A stretch of DNA of 62,951 nt, counting the filler, from Octopus bimaculoides (taxonomy: Eukaryota), in NCBI RefSeq assembly GCF_001194135.2. It is 3 parts of 3 records of this genome, joined end to end, with 100 filler letters (N's around TTAATTAATTAA, not from the genome) between each part and the next. Parts side by side here need not be neighbours in the genome. Positions count along the whole stretch, not along the records: positions 24,160 to 49,629 come from NC_068981.1; positions 49,730 to 62,951 come from NC_068983.1; 1 more part is not named here. One strand, 5' to 3'. The position numbers were made by a program, and so were the translations under genes. Position 1 is the stretch's first letter. Every line of letters starts with the position of its first letter. Of this stretch, positions 49,547 through 61,894 are shown one piece after another. The notes below the pieces were generated by a model, which did not search any database, was not told the origin of the DNA, and worked only from the letters and a program-made list of their open reading frames with translations.

Positions 49547-49629
49547 TGGTGTAGCAGCATCATAGTCAACTGCTACAAAGGTAAAGGGGACGCTTTAGAT
49601 ACAAATAATTACAGAGGCATCAAGCTGTT
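49547..49629 (+). mobile_element. RTE-clade LINE fragment (RT N-terminal region)
   Basis: WCSSIIVNCYKGKGDALDTNNYRGIKL, the characteristic KGKGD...NYRGIKL motif; cut by the scaffold join. Confidence 0.85.
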
Positions 49630-49729
49630 NNNNNNNNNNNNNNNNNNNNNNNNNNNNNNNNNNNNNNNNNNNNTTAATTAATTAANNNNNNNNNNNNNNN
49701 NNNNNNNNNNNNNNNNNNNNNNNNNNNNN
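49630..49729. other. Synthetic scaffold join N44-TTAATTAATTAA-N44
   Basis: Identical to 24060-24159. Confidence 0.95.
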
Positions 49730-49805
<76 letters not shown>

Positions 49806-49879
49806 CATTGTACATATCTAATTATACTAATTACCGCTCTGAAGACCTTTCGGCCGACTGAAAAATTTAGAATAGTTAT

Positions 49880-50055
49880 AATACTGAGTGGTACATGCCT
49901 TGTCACTCTATATGTCAAGCTGAATATCCCTGAGAAGTACGTTAAGGGTACACGTTTCTTTGTAGCCACTTATGCATTAATTTCATTAGCAAGCTGTTCT
50001 CTTGAATCGTATCAGCTAGGACCCTCGTCGTCGTAATCGACGGAGCACTCCAGAT
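49880..50055 (+). mobile_element. SINE-C 3' part, CpG-intact
   Basis: GAGAAGTACGTTAAGGGTACACG...ACCCTCGTCGTCGTAATCGACGGAG. Confidence 0.78.
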
Positions 50056-50617
50056 ATATATGCATTCATATATCTGCGTGTAAATGAGTTATGGAAGGCC
50101 GAGATCTTTGTGCATCGGATTAAGGATAGAAATTTCTAAAACCTAAATTTTAAAATTAAATAACATTGGAGAATCACCTGTTAAATATTTTAAAGTAGAA
50201 TATATCATAAAAATATTAATAAATACTTAAATACTTACGAGCATATATGTGTCCGCGTGGATGTATGCGTGGAAGTTATAAATGCTATAAATATTAGAAA
50301 AGACATCATTCATAGAGTAGAAATATGGTAATAAATAGATTTCGAAACATAAAACATTTACTGCTGTCTAAACATTGCATAGCAAATGAAGTTGAACTAT
50401 GAAACATTAGAAAATTTCTAAGTGAAGACTGCATTGAATGAAATGAAAACTGAATGTGTACAATGCGAAAAGTGAGTGGTCGACAAGTTTCTTAGATACT
50501 ATGAAGACAATCTTTGCAAGCAAGTAGCAAAACACAGACCTATTCCATAAGCTAAAATCCCCACCAGCTAGAAACATGCTATGAACATAATTGTAATGAA
50601 ACAGCAAAGTAGTTTTA

Positions 50618-50651
<34 letters not shown>

Positions 50652-50697
50652 NNNNNNNNNNNNNNNNNNNNNNNNNNNNATGTTTGTGTGTGTACGT

Positions 50698-50739
<42 letters not shown>

Positions 50740-51974
50740 CTGTCTATAAATATATGAGTTACAAAAGTGATAATAATGAATTAGCTTTTATATGACCGTC
50801 TGAAAATTTCGAATCAAAGCTTTTGTGCACACAGTTTGTATCTATATTAGTGAAATTTGCAAGATTATGCTGCTATTTTTCTATAATTTTCGAAACAGAT
50901 ACAAGTTATACAAGTTATTTGAACTATTATTGCTCTTTTAAATAATTGGTGCGTTTTTTTCGAATATACGAATTCAATATATTTACACAAAATTGTTTTT
51001 ATTAATTGTATTTTTCTTCTGTAATTAATATCATAGCTATATTTTAATTATAAGCTTAAAACATCGACTTCTTATTTAAAATAAGACCAATATTGAAGGT
51101 GGTGCATATACCTGTCCGAATCAGCTCGGGTTTTGGATGTTATCAAAAGAGATCATAGTGAAATGTTGAATATATTAGTATATCAATATGGAAGCTAGCA
51201 GTTATTAAAAAAAGATCGTGTGTGTTTTTATATACAAATATTCTTACACTAACAAATATTTTATATGTAATTTTTTACAATATATTTACTTTAAATGTTT
51301 ATAATAATATTCTATACATACCTCTGTTTTTCATATCTTGCAATTATGAGACATTTCTAAAGCTTATGTTAGTTTAACAAAGTCTATTAACGTTTTATTT
51401 CTTTTTTTTACCCAATATTAAGCCAATTCGTTGTGTACTATTTTCGTTAAAAGCCGTTTTTTATTTTAAGGAGAAAATATTGATCTTTGTCACAAGTAAT
51501 CACTTGACACTAGTGTATATGTTTTCTGGCTATTTTCTTTTAAATTATACATGCAATGTTTGTTGATACATCACTTTAAACTTTACCTGAAATCACTTTT
51601 ATAGTTTGCTACCATTTCCGGAGAACTTTGTAATGCCCTTGATATTGAGTAGCATATTTTACACTGTCATATCTTTTAGCTTACACAGAGTCACTATTCG
51701 TGCAGTGAATGAAGTGAACACAAAATATGTAAATATTTATTTTGAATAATTCGTTGTACTATACTTTAATATTCCAACACTTTCAATTACAAGATCAGAT
51801 AAAAAGAGTTCCCTTTCCCTATACACTGAATACGATTATACATTAAAGCAGTTTATACAAACGCACACATTTCTATACATAAAAGAGGTGATCCTGACAG
51901 GATACCTTACATACTGACGTTTACAAGTATAAGAAATAGGAACAGCGTATACACACTTTCTGCTTTAGTATATT

Positions 51975-52192
51975 TATTGGTTTTAAAGTTTGGCACAAGC
52001 ACTGCAGCCTGTGGGGAGGGTATAAGTCGATTACCTCGACACCACTGCTCAACTGGTATTTACTTTATACACTCCGAAAGGAGGTAAGGCAAAGTTGAAC
52101 TCGGCAAAATTTGAACTTAGAACGTCTAAACGGCCGAAAAACCGCTAAGCATTTTCCTTGGTCTTCTAATGATTCCACCTGCTTTCCACCTT
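51975..52192 (-). mobile_element. SINE-B
   Basis: Minus strand GTTCTAAGTTCAAATTTTGCCGAGTTCAACTTTGCCTTACCTCCTTTCGG...TACCAGTTG. Confidence 0.75.
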
Positions 52193-53925
52193 ACTTTAGC
52201 ATATTTATTATCAACTATATTTTCACGTAAATACTAATTTTCATCTTAGGCAAAATGTTACATACTTTGGCTTCCATACTTATCTGATACTAACTTATAA
52301 AGGGTTAAATAATAAACATGAACTTCAATTATCTGTTAGCCACATGAAGATAGATTTCATTTTCTACTATCGCTCACAATCCATTCGGCAATATTGCTAT
52401 ATTCCTGTTAATACATTTATCAAGTTCAAACTTTTTCTGAGAAACTCAAGAAATAATATCAATATCATCATTTGACATTATTTACCTCAAGTATATCTAA
52501 GAAATCTTTAAAAGGTTACGTTATCTTTCCAATAGAAAACAAATGCTATCTTATCGATTAAATTTAATGACTGGGGAAGAACTCCAACACGAAAAGGTAA
52601 AATGTTAAGTGGTTTACGCATGAAGAATCTCATATTTATACCACTCTATATGCTTAATCATTCAAGTAATTAAATTCCCAAATGTTTATTTTTGATACTA
52701 ATCGACATTAGGGCAACTTACCAAAATGTGAAGTTACATCGAGATTAAGATGTTAACGTTATATTACAAGTGTGCGGTAGTTATTAACAATACTGAGAGC
52801 ATAATACAGGCTTTACAAGCTTTCACTTCATTTACTTTAGCTATATCTTATGATTTAAATTGCTGGCAAAATGTCAGAAACTAAACTTACACTTAGGTAT
52901 AATTCTATTGCCTATCATTCATATAACATTTATAGAAACATTAGATGAATTATATAGTTTAGAATATATATAGTAACAAAAGTATATTATTCCATAAGCA
53001 CGAAACAGATTAAATCAAACTTTTGCTCAACACTATGGTTCATTGGATTAATAAGAAAGATGGATTGAATTAAAATGTGGCCTAGAACCAATCATATATC
53101 AAGAGATAGCAGACACTAAACAATTTTAAAGTGGTGCGTTAATGAGATCTCTTTATGTCTTATACAGTAACACTGAACACATTCACACAAACTCATCTAA
53201 ACGTATGCCCATACTTTCACTTATACTACACTTACGTGTGTCAGTGCATAATGTCGGTATCTTGTGTCTCAACTGATGGAGCATTTCTATGATCAAAGAC
53301 AGTTCAGTCATGTTTTATATCTGCAGTAACATTTTTGATGGAATAACTCCTATTTTGATGACAATAAATTTTGATCTGATTGAGATTGGGTTTTTGTTCT
53401 TAAGGAGATGAAAATAACGAGATTAGGTTTCAGTTATTAGAGTTAATCCGTTCACTCACATTTCAAGTTAAAACATTCAGTTACAAACACGAAACCTGGT
53501 GGAAATATAATTTCTAAATACGCTATTTAATGAATTATACATAGACTAGGCTTCTTAATATTTGCAACCCCATTTTTCAAACTATCAATCGTATCTCAAA
53601 TCGCTGCACAACTGAGGCGCTAAGAAAACTCTTTATAATATTTAAATATATTCAATAATTCTTCTTTTCTGCTTTTTGCTACGTCAGATCACCGAACAGT
53701 AATTGGCGACACCTTTGAAGTGTTGTAATTCATATATAGAATAACAACAGGAACCACACAGCTGTTTTCCCGTTCTTATCACAAACGTATTTTTAGAGAA
53801 GACTATATATTATAATTTACATAGAGAAACGTCAGTCTCACAAGCCTAAGAGCATAAAGAACCGGAAAAAAAGCTAAGCACTTCGAAAAACGGTCTAAAT
53901 TTTTTGTCTATCCATCACAAAACTT

Positions 53926-53968
53926 TTTTCTTCTTCCACACACACATACTTCTTCTTCCACACACACA

Positions 53969-54000
<32 letters not shown>

Positions 54001-54083
54001 CTTCTTCTTCTTCTTCTTCTTCTTCTTCTTCTTCTTCTTCTTCTTCTTCTTCTTCTTCTTCTTCTTCTTCTTCTTCTTCTTCT

Positions 54084-54115
<32 letters not shown>
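53926..54115. repeat. 22-bp duplication followed by a long (CTT)n tract
   Basis: TTCTTCTTCCACACACACATAC x2, then (CTT)n; source of the polyE/K/S ORFs. Confidence 0.93.
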
Positions 54116-55000
54116 ACTTCCCGTCATTCGCAATTAATATTTGTTTTTACATTTCTCTTTCTCCATCTCCACCTATATCTTTGCCTCCTACACCTTCTTC
54201 AACAAGCACTGGAAAATGTCAGTTATAATTTGAATGAATATTATAAAAAATACCTGCCAATATAAAGTAAACGATCCATGAACACAGTATGTATGGGTTA
54301 GTGTATGTATGTATGTATGTATGTAAGCAATTAAGTACTACTGATAAATACTGCACCCAATATAAAACAAAGGCATGGAGAATTTTAAAAAATTAATGAA
54401 ATTTTGATGTTGTAATTACCTATTTTTATGTATATTACATCCCAACCTTACGTATGCCCTAAGTTGGCTATATGCTGCAGCTTTTCGTCCGGAAACTATC
54501 TCTTTTAAGACGTATAGTATCATAAAACACAACACATTTCAGATCTTGGAGAAACGAAATCGATTTGGAAACCACTAAGAGAGGAATTGTGTCACACTAG
54601 CATATGGGATCAACAGTGAAATTACGTATCTCTCTATGTTGCATCTGAAGTATCTTCAGTTCTTAATACTATACGCCTATAAAGGATTTCTTCACGGAGG
54701 AAAATTGTAGCATCTCGCGATTTCTGTATAACTCTAGAGCTGGTTCTATTACTTAATTTAGAATTTATCCTAGTCATGCGGCGCCATTGCAAATCGGTGT
54801 CTTCTCTATATACAATTNNNNNNNNNNATTTTATTTTGTGTATTTCAACAATATATCTATAGACGCAGTTTGCTCGGACATTTGACTTTTCACCTATACA
54901 CAGTTTGAGTATACAATATAGATAAGGATTTCACTCTAGAGCTCCTTATGTTGAATAATGTGCGTGCATGTGTGTGCATATGTGTGCGTGTGTGTATGTG

Positions 55001-55044
<44 letters not shown>

Positions 55045-55238
55045 TGTGTATGTGTGTGTGTGTATAATGTATATAAAGGGGAATACTTGAAACCTTGTCC
55101 TCGGAAAGTACAACTGCCTGTTCACAGTATTCTTTGTATCTTTGAAGAATTAAAGGAAGAACATTCTATACATTTTGTGCTCTACACGTATATTTTTTAA
55201 ACTTCTAATCTGTATTAAAGCACAACGAATTAAAAGTA

Positions 55239-55278
<40 letters not shown>

Positions 55279-56115
55279 GTTGTTACTATTACTTTCTGTT
55301 GAATTTGTGGTTTCAAACTGGCGTGTAGCAAATCTGTTATGCATTTAATTTATATGAAGCTTTCAGTTTGCTAAGTAGAAACAATTAAACATTCTTGATA
55401 AGTAATTTATTCTGTCAGATATATTTCCGCACCTTAGGATAAAACAGTGAGTATTTGGACCAGAAACTACCTTTTGAACACATTAACTTAGTCTCCTGAT
55501 GTTAATCAAATGGAAAACATTCTTTTTCTCATAATCATTCTTATTGAATTGCTATTTATATTAATGGGTTTATATATTGATACGTTGCAGTTAATTTATC
55601 TAGATTAAGTTGAAGAAGTTAATAATTGTAATCTTTTAATAGCATTTCGACGATATTGCATTTCTGAACACCACCCCGAACCTCAATAGATTTATCATAG
55701 TTATTTATAGTTATTGCATATCATATTCGATATCATTTTGTCAAAGAGAGTTATTCATTGAAGGTTTTGTTTTATGTAAGAGATATGTCAAATCAATTTC
55801 TCTATGAATGAAGTAATAATATCTATCAGGAAGTTTTATTTGATGCCCCGTCTTTTGAAAGTTTAATGCTCTCGTGTCTGTATATTTATTGAAGTCGAAC
55901 TGATTGAAATGATGATAGGTATAATGAAACATTAGAAGAAACTCTGGCTTTACTTTATAAAATCTTTATTTAATAAAGTCTGAGTGTGAGAATTTATCTG
56001 TCTTTCTATCTGTCGATATATGTATGAATGCATTCATGATGTACGAGCGTATGGATGTATGTATGTATGTATGTATGTATGTATGTATGTATGTATGTAT
56101 GTATGTCTATGTTAC

Positions 56116-56351
56116 CGAAGAAGACCATTGCCAACCTTCAGGAACATTGTGCGCTCTAGGTCTAACTTATATTTTGCATTTGCTGTTCCGTCGGTAGCTA
56201 ATAAGGCCTGCTCTTGATAAGCATAGACGATGGAAAACATTGCAAACCAAGCTTTCCCCATTCACCACACCAGCAGTGCGCATTTGAGCAGCACGTTTAA
56301 GTTCTTCATGCAATACAGTGCTCTCTCAAAGGTGTTGACCCTCTCCTTAAC
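56116..56351 (-). other. Candidate 236-nt exon with one in-frame TGA immediately followed by ATG
   Basis: Acceptor GTGTTTCTTTCTCCTAG| and donor CG|GTAACA; VKERVNTFERALYCMKNLNVLLKCALLVW*MGKAWFAMFSIVYAYQEQALLATDGTANAKYKLDLERTMFLKVGNGLL. Confidence 0.35.
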
Positions 56352-56527
56352 CTAGGAGAAAGAAACACGATATTTGCATGTGTGTGAGTGTGTTTGTGTG
56401 CATGTGTATGTGTGTGCGTGCATCCGTGTGTATGTGTGTAGAAGGTTGAAAAAGAACTCACGAGTTGATATGTATAAGTTAAATAAGACAAGGTAGAAAA
56501 GGCTAAAATAATGAAGATTTTAGAAAA

Positions 56528-57020
56528 TTGTATGCTGTCAACTTCATGTGACAGTCCCCTGAAGGGAATAATATTACTGTTGGTTAGACCTGGGAAGCTG
56601 TACCGCTTCCGGTCGGCCTTGACACATTTCCTGTGTCCTTATGTTTACCAGGGGGAGACAAGCACATCCACCCAGCTAAGCCTGCATCCAGAGTAATGTT
56701 TCTGAGTCTCTGCTCGTCATCAGTCTGGAGTAGCATGACCTGCTAGTCGAAGATGCCCGTCAAGCTCTTGTAAACATATAATACTTCCAGTGAAATAAAT
56801 TCACTCAGAGAGATTTATGCAGTAGTGATAAGATGAAACATAAGGACACAGGAAATGTGTGAAGACCGAGTGGGAGCGGTGCAGTTTCCTAGGTCTAACC
56901 AACAGTAGTATTTTTACCTTCAGGGGATTGTCACATTAAGTTGACAGCATACAACTACTTCATCATATCACTACTGCATATATCTATCTGAGAGATTTAG
57001 AAATGTATCATTTCTAAATT
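56528..57020. mobile_element. Fold-back element copy 2 with longer, rearranged interior
   Basis: Left arm 56528-56660 and right arm about 56836-57020 are inverted and match 35950-36255. Confidence 0.85.
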
Positions 57021-57116
57021 TGAAATCAGTGAAGGTATTTCACAAGAATTATTATCTAATCATGACTGCCAAATTACGTTGGCAAATAGATTTTACTCTC
57101 TGTCTCTCCCTCTCTC

Positions 57117-57147
<31 letters not shown>

Positions 57148-57260
57148 AAACACACACACACACACACACACACAAACAAATACACACACACACACACATA
57201 TATCTATCTATCTATCTGCGAACCCATGGAAAACAAACCTCACCCAGCTATTCTGATTAT

Positions 57261-57342
57261 ATGTCTGTGCACACGTTTGAATGTGGTGTGTGCCAGAGGG
57301 TTTGCAAATCCAATGGGGGTCTTAAAAGACATGTTAGGATCC
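57261..57342 (+). mobile_element. Single C2H2 finger, probably an RTE-type LINE ORF C-terminus
   Basis: FECGVCQRVCKSNGGLKRHVRI before an N gap; no TGEKP linker or tandem fingers visible. Confidence 0.5.
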
Positions 57343-57671
57343 NNNNNNNNNNNNNNNNNNNNNNNNNNNNNNNNNNNNNNNNNNNNNNNNNNNNNNNNNN
57401 NNNNNNNNNNNNNNNNNNNNNNNNNNNNNNNNNNNNNNNNNNNNNNNNNNNNNNNNNNNNNNNNNNNNNNNNNNNNNNNNNNNNNNNNNNNNNNNNNNNN
57501 NNNNNNNNNNNNNNNNNNNNNNNNNNNNNNNNNNNNNNNNNNNNNNNNNNNNNNNNNNNNNNNNNNNNNNNNNNNNNNNNNNNNNNNNNNNNNNNNNNNN
57601 NNNNNNNNNNNNNNNNNNNNNNNNNNNNNNNNNNNNNNNNNNNNNNNNATATATATATATATATATATATA

Positions 57672-58050
57672 CGTGTAGCTGTGTGGTAAGTAGCTTGCTT
57701 ACCAATGACATGCTCGCTGATTCAATCCCAATGCGTGGCACCTTGGGCAAGTGTCTTCTACTCTAGGCTCGGGCAAACCAAAGCCTCGTAAGTGGATTTG
57801 AAAGACCGAAAATGAAAGAAGCACTTCATACATATGTATACATATGTTTGTGTGTCTGTATTTGTCTCCACACCCCGCCATCGCTTGACAACCGATGCTG
57901 GTGTGTTTACGTCCCCGTAACATAACAGTTCGGTTAGAGATCCCGATAAAATAAGTACTAGGCTTACAAAGAATAAGTCTTGGGGTGGATTTTTTCGACT
58001 AAAGGTGGTGCTTCAGCATGGCTGCAGTCAAATAACCGAAACAAATATAA
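57672..58050 (+). mobile_element. SINE-A full copy, CpG-rich
   Basis: GCTGTGTGGTAAGTAGC...GCGTGGCACCTTGGGCAAGTGTC...TCGCTTGACAACCGATGCTGG...CAGCATGGCTGCAGTC. Confidence 0.9.
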
Positions 58051-61000
58051 GAAAAATACACATATATACAAATTTACTTACTTACATGTACACATTCGCA
58101 CACTTTGTCACATTATACCTAACATAGACTTGGAAAAAATTACCTGTGAGTAGCGACTCTTCGTCTATGTATTGATGTTTTCACGAAATTCTCTCTTTCT
58201 GCATAACATTCGTACATTCTAGAGATGCATTACATTTGTTCTGTGGATGCTTTTTCTATTTTTCTTTCTGGACTGACAAAATGGAAAAAGTATAATTTTA
58301 GCAGTAAGCTGAATGTTGTTGCTGATCTCCAAATAAATCCGAAGCTCATCGATTATTGATCAAGAGGGTTTCTACTTTCACGTCTCTCTCAGTTTTACAT
58401 ATTCGTTGAGGATTCCATTTTTTTTATTTGTAAATGTATTTGGAAACAAATCAGGGTGTCAATTCTATCAATTAAAGTAAGTAGATTGGTGCTATATCTG
58501 TTTGATTCTTTCATTCGTTTTCTCTCCCGGCCTGTCAAACTTCCTGTTTGTCTGTCTGTCTCTCTTTCCCCCCCCCCTGCTCTCTCTCCCTTCTCAATCT
58601 CACACATCTGCTAAAAAATTGGGAACCATAAATTGGGACGAGTTTATAAAATGTTAGAAACGTCCGAGATTCTGCATCCTTTATCTAAGTTCCCTTTTCT
58701 CGTTGAAGCATTGAGATAAGAGTCAGAATAACTGAATTAGAAGATGTGTAGTGTGAATTAGAATTGCAAATGTTATGCTCTCCTATGATGATGCTGTCAG
58801 AATGCAGAAATAATATGAAAAGCACAGATCGCTTACTTCTCATAATGTAATCGTTGTTTTCAATTATCACGTGATATTTGCCCATAAAATCTATATGCAT
58901 GCGACTGTAATGAATAAGAATTAAGAGACATCCAAGTAATCATATTAACAAGTGATAATCAACACAGGAGAATGAAGAATATATCTAAAATGTACAGAAA
59001 TACTGGTGTTCGAGTAGTGTTATTTATTAATAGAGATGAACAACTTAAGTGTTATTCCTGTAGAAACGTCAGATGGTATAATCAGATTGGAATTGCAGAT
59101 TACTAGAAATGTATAAGTTTTGTGATAGTGTCTAATAATTAATTTAGAGAATACATAAAAACGGCAGTAATTACTCCATAAAACATCGATTGACTTGTAT
59201 AACTGATGTATTATATGCAGAAGGAATCACGTTACTAAAACTGTAATCGATAGCTATAAGCATAATTTAAGAACTACGCATATGCAAATGTGTATATAGT
59301 TTTATTATTTAAAATCATTTCATTTAAAAATTTTTAACCATAACTTTTATACAGATTTTGTTGTAATCAAATGTTCAAAGTAAATCATACAAAATAGTAA
59401 AACCATATTGTAGTTATTGTGTTGCTTGGCTTTCTTCTCTATTTAAATAGTTTTGTCAGAAGGTAGAATTCATTACATGTAAGTGGGTGATACACATGAC
59501 TACATGCTTTGCTAAAATATGCTAGACGAATCTTCTCGTTAAAAAAAAGTTGAAACATAAAGACTGTAATGAATTTTAACTGAAGAAAAAGAATATTCAT
59601 GCAGGAATTTATAAATTCCATCGAAATGTGTCCGAATGTTTTGAACACCTCTTTAAAATCATATTTAGCGGGGATAGAAAAATAGGGAAAAACCAACGTG
59701 GCTAATTCTATTTGTTAGATGTAAACACTCAGCATTAAGAATGTTCTTCAATTAACAGGTTAAAGGGATATAACATAAATCTCATGAATGGAGTTAACCT
59801 TCTTTACTGTAAAATGTATTTTCTTGTACTTCATCTTCATAATTTTTCAAGGAGTAGCCATTTTATTTGAGCCTGAAGAAATTGCCGGATCGAGCATCGT
59901 GCCGCACAAATTGAAAGCTACATAGAATGACAAAGTTCTCTACAGAATTCCGGAGGAGAAGGCGAGAAAGAATGGGTAAAAGAAAAAGGGGATGCTAATG
60001 GCATATAGACACAACCATAATTACAATGGAAGTAATCATATCGTATAAGTACTTATATACAAAAGAAAATTAACATAGATCTAATGGAGAGATTGGTCTA
60101 ACCGTTAGCTAGAAGACTGCATTGGCACAAACAATTGTGTATACCAGACTAATGAACGTAGTTTAGGCAATAACATGGTCAACGTAAAAATATAAATTTA
60201 TTTATTTATAAATGTATGTTAGATAAATACTGGAATGTAAATAGATCATTTACTGAGATGTAGTATTTTCACGAGCTGAAAGGTTCGGAAGAGTAAAGAA
60301 GGAAAAACAGAATTGATATTCCCAATAAACAAAAATCGATAACCCATGGATTCCAATATTTCCATTAAACAATTTTGCTATAATATTATTAAATCATGCA
60401 AAAGTGTTATAAAGAACTATAAAGGCCAAAAATATTAATAAGTTTTTAAAGAATTTATAGAATTATAACGAATTATAAAGAATTATAAAAACCATAGGTA
60501 GGGAGGATATATTTTGTTTGTACACGATGGTTAAGGTTTCGTTCATCTTTGGATACTTTTGCGTATTTCCACCTAATATCTATCTTCCTTTCGTCGATTA
60601 ATTCCGTGCTATGATTTTGCTTTGATTACCTAACTCTCCGATATTGCGCCCATCTGTCTTGTCACTTCATTTTGATATGGCTCTCCTTTAGTGAAATCTG
60701 TCCATAGTTTTCACTGCTGAAACTTATTGAAGTTTCTGCTGTCTCAATAGTTCTGTTGCGAATTACAAAACGACAAGGATCATCCCTTCTTCGATGCATT
60801 CCCTGCTGAGACAGTGGATTACGTTACCGGCTGATTTAGGTCATACCGTCTAGCCATTAACAGCAGTGTCTTTTATTTCCATATGTCGCGAATCTCTATT
60901 GATCGTCTTTAATGAAAATATATCTATCTATCTATCGATGCATGTGTGTACATGTGTGTGTGCCATATATTTCCAAGCATATACATATATATGTAAGTAT

Positions 61001-61084
61001 ACACACACATACGCACACACGTATAAGTATANNNNNNNNNNNNNNNNNNNNNNNNNNNNNNNNNNNNNNNNNNNNNNTGTGTGT

Positions 61085-61130
<46 letters not shown>

Positions 61131-61894
61131 ATATATAAATAAATAAATATATATTATATATTAAATATATCTACATAAACTTGGCTGTGTGCATATATGC
61201 GTGTGTATACTGATGAAATGAAATCAGTGTGATGAATGTGTAGAAAAGCAGGTGTCGATAAATTTGAAATTCCAATTAATCTTTACAAGTGATGCTTCAA
61301 CGTTCTTCCCCCTCTCAATCTCACATCTTTCTCTACACAGTCAGTTTTTTTCTCTTTTCCTGCGGTGGTGTTGGTAAAGCAGTGTTACTAATGATTTCTT
61401 CAGAATTCAATCTGCTACATATTTTAAATAATTTCTGGGAAATAGGATTATCGAATTAATGTAGATTGGATTTTTAAAAAATACAAAACAAATATATATA
61501 AATGTATCCCGTTTGAATAAATGAGTTGCAGAGAAATTTACCTTCGTTTGAAGACAAGGAGGCGTTGCGTTATGTTTCATTATANNNNNNNNNNNNNNNN
61601 NNNNNNNNNNNNNNNNNNNNNNNNNNNNNNNNNNNNNNNNNNNNNNNNNNNNNNNNNNNNNNNNNNNNNNNNNNNNNNNNNNNNAACCACGGTCTATATA
61701 GTCACCTTGCTGTTGAGTATTAAATATAATGTTCAATATTTTTTGTAAATGTAACTAAGCAGTACTTCCATAGGATTTTACTATCCCTTAACGATGCTTG
61801 TAACCCCTAATTGATTTGTATATAATCATTCATAAGATCTAATCCAGGTCATATCTGAAAATATTTTTAAATCTCAAAGTTTAAATTTTTTTTT

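Noticed and set aside
57261-57342. Member of the cephalopod C2H2 zinc-finger expansion
   Set aside because: Single finger without TGEKP linker or conserved Phe; fits a LINE C-terminal finger better, though the gap hides downstream sequence.
15686-61220. Other CTGATGA/TCATCAG hits (about 11470, 15686, 25340, 26113, 42051, 48140, 61210) as hammerheads
   Set aside because: I did not see a stem II plus GAAA plus stem I arrangement around them.
180-61748. Many ORFs of HT, CV, YI, SL, polyE/K/S/L or X runs
   Set aside because: They are translations of microsatellites or N gaps, not genes.
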